Shown here: positions 39,728-53,051 of the stretch, one piece after another
How the letters are laid out: each line of letters begins with the position of its first letter
Position numbering within the stretch: position 1 is the stretch's first letter
Assembly: GCA_964016885.1 (NCBI GenBank)
Contig: CAXHJY010001202.1
Span: forward strand, 56,144 to 120,143
Source: Eledone cirrhosa
Lineage: Eukaryota
Length of the DNA stretch: 64,000 bases
Reading direction: 5' to 3'
Notes under the pieces: model-generated
The model's database searches: none
The model's input: the letters and a program-made list of their open reading frames with translations, nothing else
Told to the model about the DNA's origin: nothing
Position numbers and translations under genes: made by a program

Positions 39728-40110
39728 GGGCAGTGGATTGGCAGTATCGGTAGAGAGTCGGACACTATGCTTTGCAGCATAGAGTTACGTCCCTTTATGA
39801 TCTGAGTTCAAATTCCGCCGAGGTTAACTTTGCCTTTCATCCTTACGGGGTCGATAAAATAAAGTACCAGTCACGCACTGGGGTCGATTTAATCGACTTC
39901 CCCCTCCCCCCAAATTGCTGGCCTTGTACCTATATAAGAAACAATTATTATTGGGCGTCAGACAATATTCTTTGCGACATATAGTTCAAATCCCATCGAG
40001 GCTAGCTTTGCCTTTCATCCTTAGGCGGTCGATAGAATAAAGTACCAGTAACGTACTTGGGTCGATTGAATCAAATTGCTGGCCTTGTACCAAGTGTAGG
40101 AACAATTTTT
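39728..40110 (+). mobile_element. Full-length Nin-core SINE plus adjacent second copy
   Basis: Intact A box TGGCAGTATCGG, B box GAGTTCAAATTC, core and tail. Confidence 0.85.
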
Positions 40111-41844
40111 GCTACTACTCTAAGAATTTCGCCAATCGACCGGCGAAATTTGAACTAGGCGCAGAGACCCAGGTGATAACAGCTTAAAATACCCACAGAG
40201 AAATGTATGTATGCTTATCATAGATAAACATATTGTATATACTTTCATATACGCCTCTATTCTGAATCACGTTGTGTTAGTGCTACTGTTAATTAATAGC
40301 AGCCTATCAAACCCGTACTATTTGTAAACATAAGTTGATAGCTCATTTTTTCTCAGTACCAAGTAAGTAAATGTCACCGAAGATGGATAGAAATCCTGAA
40401 ATACTGTTATTTGGCGACCTCACGCGGGAACTGAGGTAGCTGTGACATGATCACTGCTTCAAACATTTCCAACGAGACTTGTATGTTCGTTATACATAAA
40501 CATATTGTATATGCTTTCATATACATCTCTTTTCTGAATTCCACTCTGTAATGCACCGCTGTGGGGTTGCGAGGCGGTGCTGATCGAGCTGGTGCGTTAG
40601 CTTGTCTTTAGCCGGTTCCAAGTCTCGCAGGCGGCCTCGCGTTTTCGATCACAGTGGGTTCCGTTGTGGAGAACCCTGTTTATGAGGACACAGATACCAT
40701 AATATATTCTACCCGATGCCATAGCAACTCTACCAATTCGCCTACTTCAATGCGCTAAAAAATTTATTTCAGTTTTGAAATGTTAATATTCTATAGAGTG
40801 TCGTCCCTGTCGCTCTGTATCAACGATCTCAACTGTTTGAGATGCACGGTACAGAGACTATAGACACGAAAAGTGTAACGACACACCATCAGTCTTTTAA
40901 ATTTGTTGTTATAATGTGGAAGCCACTTATTGTAATCACTTTGGGATGGAATTGTTTACACAACAATAACATTAAGCAAAGGCTATAACAAGTTCCTGAA
41001 TATGTTTGGGGGTCACTAATTTTCATCACAGCAAGGGTTTGATAACATTATGCGTGATCGTAATAAACAGATCCCAATGTATAAGAGATAAAAAATCGAA
41101 TGTTAAAATTGTTTTGAAAAAGTGGTGGGTATGCATAAAAACCACTCAAGATTTCCAAATATCCTTACATTTTCCGACTTGTCACAAAACACACACGGCA
41201 TACCTGATGACACTATGCGGTAAACAAATGTGCCAAGCAGATAACGTCTGCTGTGTATTATTAGTTCAATCCCTCATGGGATTGATTTGTTTTTCATTTT
41301 TCCGAGGCCAATGGATTATTAAATAAAATTATGAATTATTAGATAAAATTTATAAAATTTCAATATAGTATAAATAATTTTAACATTCACTATATTTCTA
41401 TTAATTCAAATAATTTAAATCACAAAAAAAAATATATATATAAAAATACAAGTATAAATATTTACTAGACTTCATTGATTTATCATATTGCCGCTTCCGC
41501 GTAAACAGTTCACTTTGTTTCTAGAATAAGCTGCTATTGTCTAGACAACCAACTTGTTATTGCAGATAGATAAGAATCAAGAGATTAATTAACTACTGGT
41601 ACATTAGCAGAGTTATGTATGAACAAACAGGTGTAAACACCTTGTCTTTGTACACAATATCCTCTTGGACAAAGAAAGAAGGATCAGACGGATTAGGTTC
41701 AATCCTATGCTGGGATTTCATCAGTGACTAAATGCCTTTTTTATATACGCTGCTTATAATGCCGCTATTACTGAGGGCTTGGGTAAATTGAATAAATCCT
41801 TTTCTATATATAAAACCTTCTTGGTAGCAAATTCGATAAATATA

Positions 41845-42240
41845 TTGGTTTCTGATTTGGGGAGGGGAAAGTCGATTAAATCGACTCTAGTGCATTACTG
41901 GTACTTTATTTATCGACTCCGTAAGGATGAATGGCAAAGCTAGCCTCGACAGGATTTAAACTCAGAACGTAAAGGGCCGTGCATTACTATCGATGCATTA
42001 GCAGTGTTTTGTTCCAATGCTCTACTGTATTACAGAATATACCTATAGATTTTAATCAACACAGTATCGGTAGAAGGTCGGACGCCATGCTTTCCAGCAT
42101 AGTTACGTCCCTTTACGGTCTGAGTTCAAATCCCGTCGAGGTTAACTTTGCCTTTCATTCTTATGAGGTCGATAAAATAAAGTACCAGTAATGTACTGGG
42201 TAATTGCTGGCCTTGTGCCAAAAGTAGAAACAACTATTTA
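41845..42240. mobile_element. Head-to-head pair of Nin-core SINEs
   Basis: Minus copy 41845-42030 and plus copy 42063-42240. Confidence 0.75.
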
Positions 42241-42544
42241 ATAAGCAGATTTATACATCTTGTCTTTATATACGTTATATGAGTGAAGACGTTAGTTGAT
42301 TACATCGACCCCAGTACGTCACTGATGCTTTATTGTATAGACTACACAAGGATGAAAGGTAAAATCAACCCCCGGCCGTAATTGATCTCAGGCTGGAAAC
42401 ATATACTGCAAATCATTTCGTTCGATGCTCTGCTGATTCAGTCAATACATCGCTATTTACAGTAAACCAAAAATGTTTGGAAATGTTGAAATGGTTGAGT
42501 GAAGTTTTCACTTTTGCAAAGTAAATAGAGTTTGTTTGTTGTGG

Positions 42545-42890
42545 GGGAGGGGTATATGTGTCAGTGTGTGTATATATGTATGTGTATATGCGTGAGTTCG
42601 CCTGTCAATGTGTGTACGTGCGCCAATGTTTGTGTGTGTGTCAATGTGTATGCGTGTATCAAGGTGTGTACGTGTGTGAATATGTGTACGTGTGCCAATG
42701 TCTGTGCCTGTGCCAATGTGTTCGTTAGTGTCTGTGTGAGTACGTATGCTAATATGTACGTGTATTACTGTATGTATGTGTGTGTCAATGTGTGAACGTG
42801 TGCCAATGTGTGCACGTGTGACATCATATGTACGTGTGTTTATGTGTGTGTCTCTATGTGTATGTGTGTTTCTGTGTGAACAAGTGTCAA
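42545..42890. repeat. Degenerate about 18-bp TG-rich minisatellite
   Basis: Recurring tgtgtgtacgtgtgccaa-like unit. Confidence 0.75.
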
Positions 42891-43805
42891 TGTTTCCTGA
42901 AATCCCTTTCAACACGTGAGTAGCTCTCGAAGAAGCCATTTTTTTGGGGGGGGGGGGGGACCAGAAAAATTCGAGGACAAAATGGCACACAAAAATACAA
43001 CTTAATAAGGACATCTTTCCCAAAGAATCCGTTATAATGCTATTGTCAAATTTTGAAAAGAAGAATAACATTAGAGTTTTCTTGGCTCAGCACGCCATAT
43101 TTGAATCCGAGTTATTAAATTTTATTGAAAATTGTGTTCATAAAAAGGTTCTAAAAATTGTTGGATTTTTTTTGTTTCTGTTTTATTTCGTTTTATTTTT
43201 TATTTGATTCTTACAATGGATGGATTGACAGAATTGTTAAAGTATTGAAGAAAATATTTTGCTGTATTCAATTATGCCCCTTCTGAGTTTAAATCTCGTC
43301 CGTGCCTACTTTGCCTTCCATTCTTCTGAGAATCGATAAATTTTAAATACTAGTCAGATACTGGAACAATTTAATCAGTAAATCTGCTGACATGATCCTA
43401 TGCTAGAAATCACTTGGGGATTAAACCACGTTATTATAATTCGTTTTGCTGTAAATCGAGGTTCGTATCCTATTGGAGTTAAGTTTGTTTTTTATCTTCT
43501 CGGGGACGATAAAATAAGTAGAAACCACCTCTTCACGAAAATGCGTGGGTATCAGATTATTTTGCTACCTGTAGCAATATTTAGCGGCCAGTAATCAATA
43601 TTTTAGGCGGATTTGAATTGGCGGATTTGTCAGAACGTCGGATAAAATGCTTTGTGGTGTTCATTCCGGCTTCTGCGCTCTAAGTTCAAATTCCACAAGG
43701 GTAACTTTGCCTTTCATCTTTTCGAAGTCGATAAATAAAGTATCATTCCAATACTGGGATCGACTCTTTCTCTATATCGTTTTTTCCTTCCCTCTCTTGC
43801 TCTAT

Positions 43806-44270
43806 TCTTCAGTGGAAAAAAATAGGTTGTGTTCAGACATGGAGAGGGATGACCTCCGCCAGGTTTAAATCGCCAAGATACATCTTATGCATCCAATATA
43901 CAACAGCGCCCCAGCGACTCTATCAGAAGTTATGGTTTCATGCTATGGCTTGGTAATTTTCTTTCTCAGGAATATGTTTCTCAAGTGATTCATTTGTTCT
44001 GTATTCTAAGATCGTTTTTCTCTCGGCATTGACAATGATGACGATAACAACTACTACAACAGCCTTCCGTTCTCAATAATTATAATAATAATGTTGCACG
44101 TGATTGCTGAAAACATAGATTATGAATTACCAAGCCATAGCATGAATCCGTAACTCCGGATAGAGTCGCTGGGGCGCTGGTGTGTTATAAGATGTATCAT
44201 GGTGATTTAAACCTGGCGGAGCCCATCCCTCTCCATGTCTGAACACAACCGATTTTTTTCCCACTGAAGA
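43806..44270. repeat. About 150-bp inverted repeat pair (MITE-like)
   Basis: 43806-43958 versus 44125-44270. Solo diverged relatives near 8987-9095 and 14500-14610. Confidence 0.75.
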
Positions 44271-46187
44271 AAACAGAATTTTTATCCGACGTTCATTCCC
44301 ATGCACAAATCATATACCGTAAAGCATTTCGCTTGACGCTCTACAGACCTGCCAACCTCTAAACACCCAAACGGGGAGTACCATGAAAAAAAGTGCTCCA
44401 AAACGGGGAGAAATGAGGCAAAATTGGGAGATTTTACATAATGAAAGCTATACCCATTTTCACATCTCTCACCCACCCCAAAGTGGGTGGGGGATCTCCC
44501 TGCTGGACGGGGAGAGTTGACAGGTCTGGCATTGTTCTAAAATAACACCAAAGTCAATCCCTATAACATCTCAAGCATTTGTGGAAAGTGTAATAAAGGA
44601 GAAATAGGTATGTGAGAATAGAACAATGAAAACCCTAATTAGAGGAGAAAATCGGGAATAGATGACCATTTCTAGGACCTCCGTGAGAAGGGGCGTGTCA
44701 CTGAAGTCAACACAGTGTTTCACTGCTATTGTATGTTATCGATCCCGGAAGGATGAAACGCAGAATTGACGTCGGTGGTATTTGAAATTAGAGCGCAAAA
44801 AGCCGTAACTAGATGAACTTTGATGCTCTAACGATTCTGCCAAGTCACTGCCATTAGTAAAAACAATGATAATGATGATATAGCTTCAAGGTTTTTATTA
44901 TTAAAATGGGTTGCCTGTGCTGTAGATTGGTAGAATCGTTAGAATGTCGGACAAAATGTTTGGCTTTTAGTTACGGTTCTTTACGCCGAGGTCAACTTTG
45001 CTTTGATCAATATAATCGGTCTTCTCTCCCCCAAATGTGTTGGTTTTGTGCCTAAATTAGAAATCATTATTATAATGGATTACTTATTTGAAATGTCTCT
45101 TGGAAACGTTAACGTTCGGTTTATAATCAACAACAGCATTTGAGCATCGCTTAAATCATACTTCGTTCGGGTTTTATCATTAAATTCCTTGCTTATCTCA
45201 ATAAAAAACATGTAATTGTTGTTACTGGTACTGTTATCATTGTTTCTGGCGTTCATCATAAAAAGCTGACCTTTCTGCCTGTTTATGTAACAACCCCCTC
45301 TTTCGCCCACGTAAGTTATATTTTTAAATTCACTTCACACAGTCTTTCTATTAAATGATAAATGAAGGGTTTATTTAATCTGTCCTTGTCAAGAATAAGG
45401 TTACATCTGTATGACATCCAAATATATCTTATCATCTATTTTTTTATTTACCTAATTAATTTTAGACAAGCTTAGCCGCAATCCAATATTATCCAGTTCT
45501 ATTTATAATTTTTACAATTTATGTTTATTCATGATCACTCACAATCTAAATATATGTGAATGACGATAACAAATCCTTGATTTACCATATCATACAACGT
45601 ATTCTCTTCGGTCATTTATCTTTTGTAACAGTATGTTTTTCATACTATTATTTCCGAATGCAGACCTACCAACCTCTATAAACCAAAAAGGGGTGTACCA
45701 TGAAAAAATGAAATGAGGCAAAATGTGGGGGAGATTTTACATCTCATACCCACCCCAAAGTGAGTGGGAGAACTCCCCGTCGGACGGGACAAGCATTCCT
45801 TGTGTGTTGTTACATACCAAATATGAACACCTCATATTCGAATGGTTAAGACGTTTGCTTCACAATCAGTCCCATGTTCAACCTGCTACGTGTCATGTTG
45901 AGCAACTGTCATTTCATGAGTCCAGCCTTGTCACACACTGCTGAATCCCCTTCGGAATTACGTTAACGGTACACGTATCTGTGGAATACTCAGCCACTTT
46001 GATTGAACAATTGGAACATACATTATTTTTTTTAGGGCAATGCATTGGCAGAATTGCTCATAAAGACGGTGGAGTGGAAGATACGTTAAAATAAAGTTCC
46101 CAGCAAGTTATGTGGAGGAGGGGGGGGGGGAATTTAATCGACTTATCTCTTCTATATTGCTATCTTCGTACCTATATTAGAAATTGT

Positions 46188-47500
46188 TGGGTGGTGGAGT
46201 GACAGTATTGATAGAGCGCCAGACAACATGCTTTGCTGCATAGAGTTACGGCCTTTTATGTTCTGAGTTCAAACTCCGATGAGATTTGCTTTGCCTTTCA
46301 TCCTTAAGGGATTGATAAGATAAAGCACAAGTAATGCACTGAGGTCGATTTGATCGACTTTCTCCTCCCTACAAAAAAATTGTTTATCTTGTTCCGAAAT
46401 CAGAAGCCATCATTATTATTGCGGTTTATTATAGGGCGGTGGATTGGCAGTATCGGTAGAGGGTCGGACGTCATGCTTTGACGCATAGAGTTACGGCCCT
46501 TTCCATTCTGAGTTCAAATCCCGCCGAGGTCAACTTTGCCTTTCATCCTTACGGGGTCGATAAAAAAGTACCAGTAATGTACTGAGTAATTGCTGGCCTT
46601 GTGCCAAAATTAGAAACAATTATTACTAATATTCTTAATACACTGGGTAATTGCTGGCCTTGTGCCAAAATTAGAAACAATTATTACTAATATTCTTAAT
46701 ACACTGGGTAATTGCTGGCCTTGTGCCAAAATTAGAAACAATTATTACTAATATTCTTAATACACTGGGTAATTGCTGGCCTTGTGCCAAAATTAGAAAC
46801 AATTATTACTAATATTCTTAATACACTGCGTAATTGCTGGCCTTGTGCCAAAATTAGAAACAATTATTACTAATATTCTTAATACACTGCGTAATTGCTG
46901 GCCTTGTGCCAAAATTAGAAACAATTATTACTAATATTCTTAATACACTGCGTAATTGCTGGCCTTGTGCCAAAATTAGAAACAATTATTACTAATATTC
47001 TTAATACACTGCGTAATTGCTGGCCTTGTGCCAAAATTAGAAACAATTATTACTAATATTCTTAATACACTGGGTAATTGCTGGCCTTGTGCCAAAATTA
47101 GAAACAATTATTACTAATATTCTTAATACACTGGGTAATTGCTGGCCTTGTGCCAAAATTAGAAACAATTATTACTAATATTCTTAATACACTGGGTAAT
47201 TGCTGGCCTTGTGCCAAAATTAGAAACAATTATTACTAATATTCTTAATACACTGCGTAATTGCTGGCCTTGTGCCAAAAGTAGAAACAATTATTATTGC
47301 GGTTTATTGGGCTGTGAATTGGCAGTATCGGTAGAGGGTCGGACGCCATGCTTTCTAGCATAGTTACGTCTCTTTACGTTCTGAGTTCAAATCCTGTCGA
47401 GGTTAACTTTGCCTTTCATCCTTATGGGGGCGATAAAATAAATGTACTGGGTAATTGCTGGCCTTGTGCCAAAAGTAGAAACAATTATTATTGCGGTTTA
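46188..47500 (+). mobile_element. Three tandem SINEs separated by the repeated target attattattgcggtttatt
   Basis: Target sequence at about 46412, 47290 and 47484. Confidence 0.8.
46581..47297 (+). repeat. 61-bp minisatellite (about 11.7 copies) derived from the SINE 3' tail
   Basis: Unit actgggtaattgctggccttgtgccaaaattagaaacaattattactaatattcttaatac, near-identical copies. Confidence 0.95.
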
Positions 47501-47572
47501 TTTTTGTTTTATTTCGAATACAATTGCGTTATTTCGTTCTTGATTTCTTTTTATATATTTATATATTAACAG

Positions 47573-47813
47573 ACAAGGAAGGACACGAAAGCAGCGTCAA
47601 GACTATTTGCTCCACTACCTCAATCACTGTCAGGTATGTCGGCAACAGCCTCTAAACCCCAGACATCGCCAGAGTGTATCGAGTCCAAGGATAAAAATAA
47701 GAAGATTTTGAAAACGCCTCCAGAAATAGTTCTTGGACTGGAGACTGAAGATGGCGCCTGTGCATTGGTCGAAATTGATGACATTATTGACGATTCTAAC
47801 TTAGCGCCAGAAG
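47573..47813 (+). CDS. Candidate internal host-gene exon, product unknown (TRKDTKAASRLFAPLPQSLSGMSATASKPQTSPECIESKDKNKKILKTPPEIVLGLETEDGACALVEIDDIIDDSNLAPE)
   Basis: Pyrimidine-rich intron end ...ttaacag, open frame for 241 nt, GAAG|gtaag donor, non-repetitive coding-like composition. Confidence 0.55.
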
Positions 47814-48753
47814 GTAAGAGAAAATGTGTAGTTCACCTATAGAAGATCCAAGCATTAGACATGTGTAATAGTTGTTGTTGTTTGTTATATTTTCCAGATA
47901 CACTCGATGGTCACAAAAGACTACATTACTATTCCAATACAATACAATAATAAGTTTTTTATCTTCAATCTGAATAACAGCTCTCACCAAGAAGATCTAT
48001 GGGAAATGAGTTCCAATCACAACCATTCCATCTATTTTAGACCTAGGATTACATTATCTAATGTAATTTGAAGGATTTAGCAGCTACTTTTAACTAGTCA
48101 AACGATGGTTTACAGGCCTTTCTAATAAGCTTACACGATTATAAATATTTTATTTGTCTCGTTGTGACAAGAAATATTTGCTAAGAATTAAATGGTTATA
48201 ATTGACTAAAACTTTATATTTTAGCACATCTGTATTTATTGCAAATGAATAGTTGGCAGCCTTCATCAACAGTATACCACATTAACCCAGGACCGTAAAT
48301 ATCAATCATGATTTTGTAGCAGTCACCGTCTATTTATAGATTTAGTCTTTCGATGCTTTCTTGAACTTTGTTGATATACGAGAAAATTCGAGTGAATGAG
48401 CTGTGGCTTACTCTCCAATAATTGAAGGGTAGTGGATTGACGGAATTAGTAAAGCGTTGAATAAAATGCCATTGCGGTATTTGTTCTGGCTCTTTACATT
48501 CAAATCCCGCTGAGGTTGGTTCAAAGTAATTTGGTATGAGCGACAATGAACAATAGGCTGAGTCCTTTGAAGCACATTGCTTCTAAAGTGAAAGCAAAAA
48601 CATATATCTCCCCACTCCTATGGGTGGTTCTCAATTCAGGCATAGCTGGTCTAAGAAGTGGATCTCTCAGATATGTGAAGACATAGGTTTACCGTTCGCA
48701 ACAGCAGAGGGTAGACAATCCAAGTGATAAATATATACATTCATACATACGTC

Positions 48754-48836
<83 letters not shown>

Positions 48837-49034
48837 AGTAAAATATATGTTTATCCGTGTAAGTTGGGATGCCACTTTGGTAAAAACAGGAGTAAGCAGG
48901 AGAAAGCTCTCTACAATTGTAGTATGTAGTTGCGATGAAAATTCAGTATAAAAATAACATTAAGAAAGATGCTGTGATTACATAAGGCGATTATTCATTT
49001 TGATTATTTCTATTGTGACCCGTATGAAATTCAA

Positions 49035-49226
49035 GATGCAGTATTTGCATTTGTTGCTGGTATAGGAGCGATTTTCGTCAGATGAATTTCCGTTTATGTG
49101 ATATGTTGCATATGCTTGTCCGGCATGCAAGAAGAAGAATATGTTTTTGCCTGCAGCATATCATATAAACGTAAATTCATCTGAGGAAATCGCTCCCATA
49201 CCAGCAACAAATGCAAATACTGCATC
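49035..49226. repeat. About 75-bp-arm imperfect hairpin (MITE-like)
   Basis: gatgcagtatttgcatttgttgctggtat... versus ...ataccagcaacaaatgcaaatactgcatc. Confidence 0.75.
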
Positions 49227-49609
49227 GTAAAATTAAGGTGTAAGTGGCTGAGTATTCTACAAAAACCTGCACCCATAACGTAGTTTTCGGGGATATTCAA
49301 CTTGATACAAATAGTGACAGAGCTGGCTCTTTGAATTACAGGTACAACTGATTTTTGTGTTTCTATATATCGGGACAGGTTCATTGGTGGTATAGGTCGC
49401 TGATTATATTTTCGGTGGTTATATTGATTATGTGTAGGTCCAATGCCAATTCCGTAATGGGCAGTAGTCTCTGCAGAGTAATAGAGAAACTATGTAATAT
49501 GACGGCTGAAAACTGATGACTCGTTGATATTGACTACACAACGATATTTGTTTGTACTTTTGTTATATGTATGTTTGTTTAAAATACGCACACTCACTCA
49601 ACACGCACA

Positions 49610-49645
<36 letters not shown>

Positions 49646-49646
<1 letters not shown>

Positions 49647-49856
49647 CGAAGGAAATGTGATAAGGAACCAGGTGGACCATAACGCACCAAAGTACTCAAT
49701 ACTTAGGGTAGTAGAGTGGGTAATAGGAACGAGTAGGACCCCGACGGCTGAGCTCAAGCCGTTTCGACGGCTAATTCTGGACTAAAACGTTTTAGTCCAG
49801 AATTAGCCGTCGAAACGGCTTGAGCCCAGCCGTCGGGGTCCTACTCGTTCCTATTA
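49646..49856. mobile_element. PLE-like foldback: tail plus 68-bp-arm palindrome in (TA)n
   Basis: Arms 49721-49788 and 49789-49856, 1 mismatch. Hammerhead 3' half GAAAC-ggct..agcc-GTC. Single-arm copy at 18650-18797. Confidence 0.65.
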
Positions 49857-49857
49857 T

Positions 49858-49889
<32 letters not shown>

Positions 49890-51574
49890 CATATGTATGT
49901 GGGGGGGGGTTGTTACTTTAGACCCATCGAAAGAATCTCAGTATTTTGTCTGGAGTCAAATAAAATTCGAACACGATAAGTACCTTTATAATTTGACAGT
50001 TGGAACAGTCCGATAAATGGTGCAGATTAATTTGAAAACGTGTTTTGGTACTTACAAATTCACAAAATTTTCCACATACTCAAATTTCGCATCTGACCCA
50101 TCTGAAATATTTTCTGCTTGAACAGAAAAATTTCTTACACCCAGTGACTAATTCCCTTTGTGTGAGAGAAAACGGAAATCAATACGTAGAAATACGCATA
50201 GCTTTATTTTTACTTTTTATATATAATGCGATACAAGAAAGCAATAGTTTTGATACAAAACTACACATTAAAGGGATTGGAATATATATAAACAAAATAA
50301 AAATAAAAGAAATGGGTTTTTCAGACAACATGTTTCCATATAGGTTAACGGCACAATAGAAATTCTATTCAGATCTTCTTGGTTTCTTTATCAAATATGA
50401 ATAAAATCCGTTACTAATATGAAATCTTATATAGAATTTTCGATTATGTGTACATATATATTATTTTATTCTTTTTTATCATTTTATTGGTTTCAGTCGT
50501 TGGACTGCGGTGATTCTGGGGTTCTGACATGAAGGGATTTAGTTAATTATATGGAATAGGCTACGTAGCTGGTCACGGCATAATAGACAAACATGCTTTT
50601 TTAAGCTTATTTTACCGGTAAACCCTGAAGGGACGTAACTCTAGCTGGGGTCTCGGAAGCTTATTTTACCATTAAATAATTAATATTAGAACCCTGGTAG
50701 TGACTATCTTTAACCCAGTTCGTGACTTCCTGCTAAAATTCTTAAGCCATGGAACTCAGTAGATGTGTGTGTGTATGTAACTAAAGCGTAATGTACGTTA
50801 CGAATGGACAAATCACAAGCAGAATTATAATAAGATGATGACTAATTGATTTTAACTTGTTTTTTAATAATTGATGGTGGAAAAGATTTCAAATTGTCTT
50901 AACTCTGGCCGCAACTCATGATGTCTGACACTCTTACCGGCTAAATAGCCTGGGAGTCTATTTTACTGGGAGCGGCTACATAGCCTCTTCCTAATTATAT
51001 TAACCCAAGTGAAATTCTGCAGTTCACTTATTAAATTGCACGGCTGTTAGAGAGTTACGTCCCTTTAGTGGTGTGACTCTTTTTTTCACTAATTTGCACG
51101 GATATAAAGCCCGAAAGAACTGCTGTTTTTTGCTGTTTACTTTGTTGAATTAAAAACAATATACTACCTACATGGAAGAACAGCGGTATTTGTTCCAGCG
51201 CTCTAATCTCACTCACCTCAACTTTGCCTTTCATTCTCATGGAGTCGATAAATAAAACGTCCAGTGCAGTGGATTAGTGAGGATTGTTAACGCGGTATTT
51301 GTTCTGAGTCTGTGTTGAATCCTGTTTCCTATTACTCTTTTACTGTTTACAGTTGGTAGACTGCGCCCACGCTGGGGCACCTGGTGCGAGGTGATAAAAA
51401 CTGACCTTGCTCACTTATACCTCTCTAAGTCAATGTCACTGGATTGTGGTCTTTGGCGCTATGCAGTTATACAGAAGACCCGCCTTCACTTGCATACAAA
51501 CTTAAACCTACAGTCAGTAGGCACCTCTTAACTCAATATACACCCCACCCTACTTCCCATACTCCATCCTCCCA

Positions 51575-51845
51575 TTTCCGTTCACTGTAAAGTGGTCGTG
51601 TAGGTGACACGACAAAAAGCACCCAGTGTACACTGTAAAGTGGTCGTGTAGGAGACATGGTAAAAAGGCTCCCAGTCCGCACTGTAAATGTGGTTGGTGT
51701 TAGGAAGGACAGAAACAGTTCTGTACGAGCGAGACACGGTCTCCCGCCCAATCTTGCCTCAAGTGGGACAAAACCATCCAACCCATGCTAGCGTGGAAGA
51801 TGGACGTTAAACGATGACGATGATGATGCTGATGCTGACGATGTT
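51575..51845 (+). mobile_element. RTE-tailed SINE with internal 48-bp tandem units
   Basis: cactgtaaagtggtcgtgtagg repeats. The 3' end ccatgctagcgtggaagatggacgttaaacgatgac(gat)n is shared with 12678-12728. Confidence 0.6.
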
Positions 51846-52851
51846 CCTCCTCTCTATCTCCTCCTTTCTCTCTCCTCTCCCTCCCCCTCTTTTCTCTCGC
51901 CTCCTCACTTTTTGTCGTGGCACCATTATGACCGCTTTACAGGGTGGATTGGGTGCTTTTTGATGTGATACAGGATAGACTGTTCATTAGGATAGTTGTT
52001 CAAAATTTCAAGTACTTTATTAAAATAATAATATATATCGGATATATGATGTCCTCCTGGCAATGCTAGTGCAAAGCTGCAGCCCTCACTCACAATCGAT
52101 TACGACTTGGCAGTATGTACCATGCTTTTGCTAAGGATTTTAGGCGTCCCGCCCGACTCTCTCTCTCTCCCTTGATCCAGCAGAACATCAAGAGTGTGAC
52201 AACTGGAAGAACAGAGAGCTGCATTAGCACTGATGTAGTACTTTCTTCATCGATCCCCAAAGAATGAAAGGCAAAATTACCTAGAGTAGATTTAACTTAA
52301 CTATCAAATCAACCACTTAATGCTAGTGTAAATACCTTACATCTATAAAGGAAGATAACTTTCTAACAGTCAACTAAAGAGGTGAACTCAGCCACTGGAA
52401 AGTGGTCGATAAAATTGATACTAGACAGGATGCCACTCAATCGAAAGGTTAATCATTAGCTATTGATGTTATTCATTTTCAACTGGGCTAATTAGAACAG
52501 TGCCCATGACATTACAATAGTAATCCCTGCACACTAACTACTGAACAGAACGCCTTACCGTGGGTAAAAATAAATGACTATAACCTTTTTCATGGAGGGT
52601 GGTGGCAAAATTGAGCGATGGATTACGAGTACCACACAAATGGACATAATTCAATACTAAATGGGTTTGATCAGTGCTGAGCTAGAGTGAGGCAGCTAAT
52701 CAATAAGTTTGGGTATTACAAACAGCATAAAAATACAACTATTTTCTTATGCTTTTTTCTAGATATATTCTTTAAAAACATGTTTGAAGGAATGACTGTA
52801 AGTCCTCCGACGTGTAATAACACACACATATACTCACATACATACACACAC

Positions 52852-52899
<48 letters not shown>

Positions 52900-52979
52900 G
52901 TATTGAGCCAGAAGCACGATTTTATATCCTAGGATATGGGTAAATATATATGTAGAAGATATATTTAATTTGTTGGAAA

Positions 52980-53020
52980 TATATATATATATTGTATATA
53001 TATATATATTGTATATATAT

Positions 53021-53051
<31 letters not shown>

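Noticed and set aside
39728-39820. tRNA genes suggested by A/B boxes
   Set aside because: These are SINE heads. There is no acceptor stem or cloverleaf, and the SINE core always follows.
40715-40728. X-box-like GATGCCATAGCAAC
   Set aside because: Lies within a degenerate minus-strand SINE head.
46581-47297. CRISPR-like regular array
   Set aside because: Units are contiguous with no unique spacers, derive from a SINE tail, and the context is eukaryotic with no cas genes.
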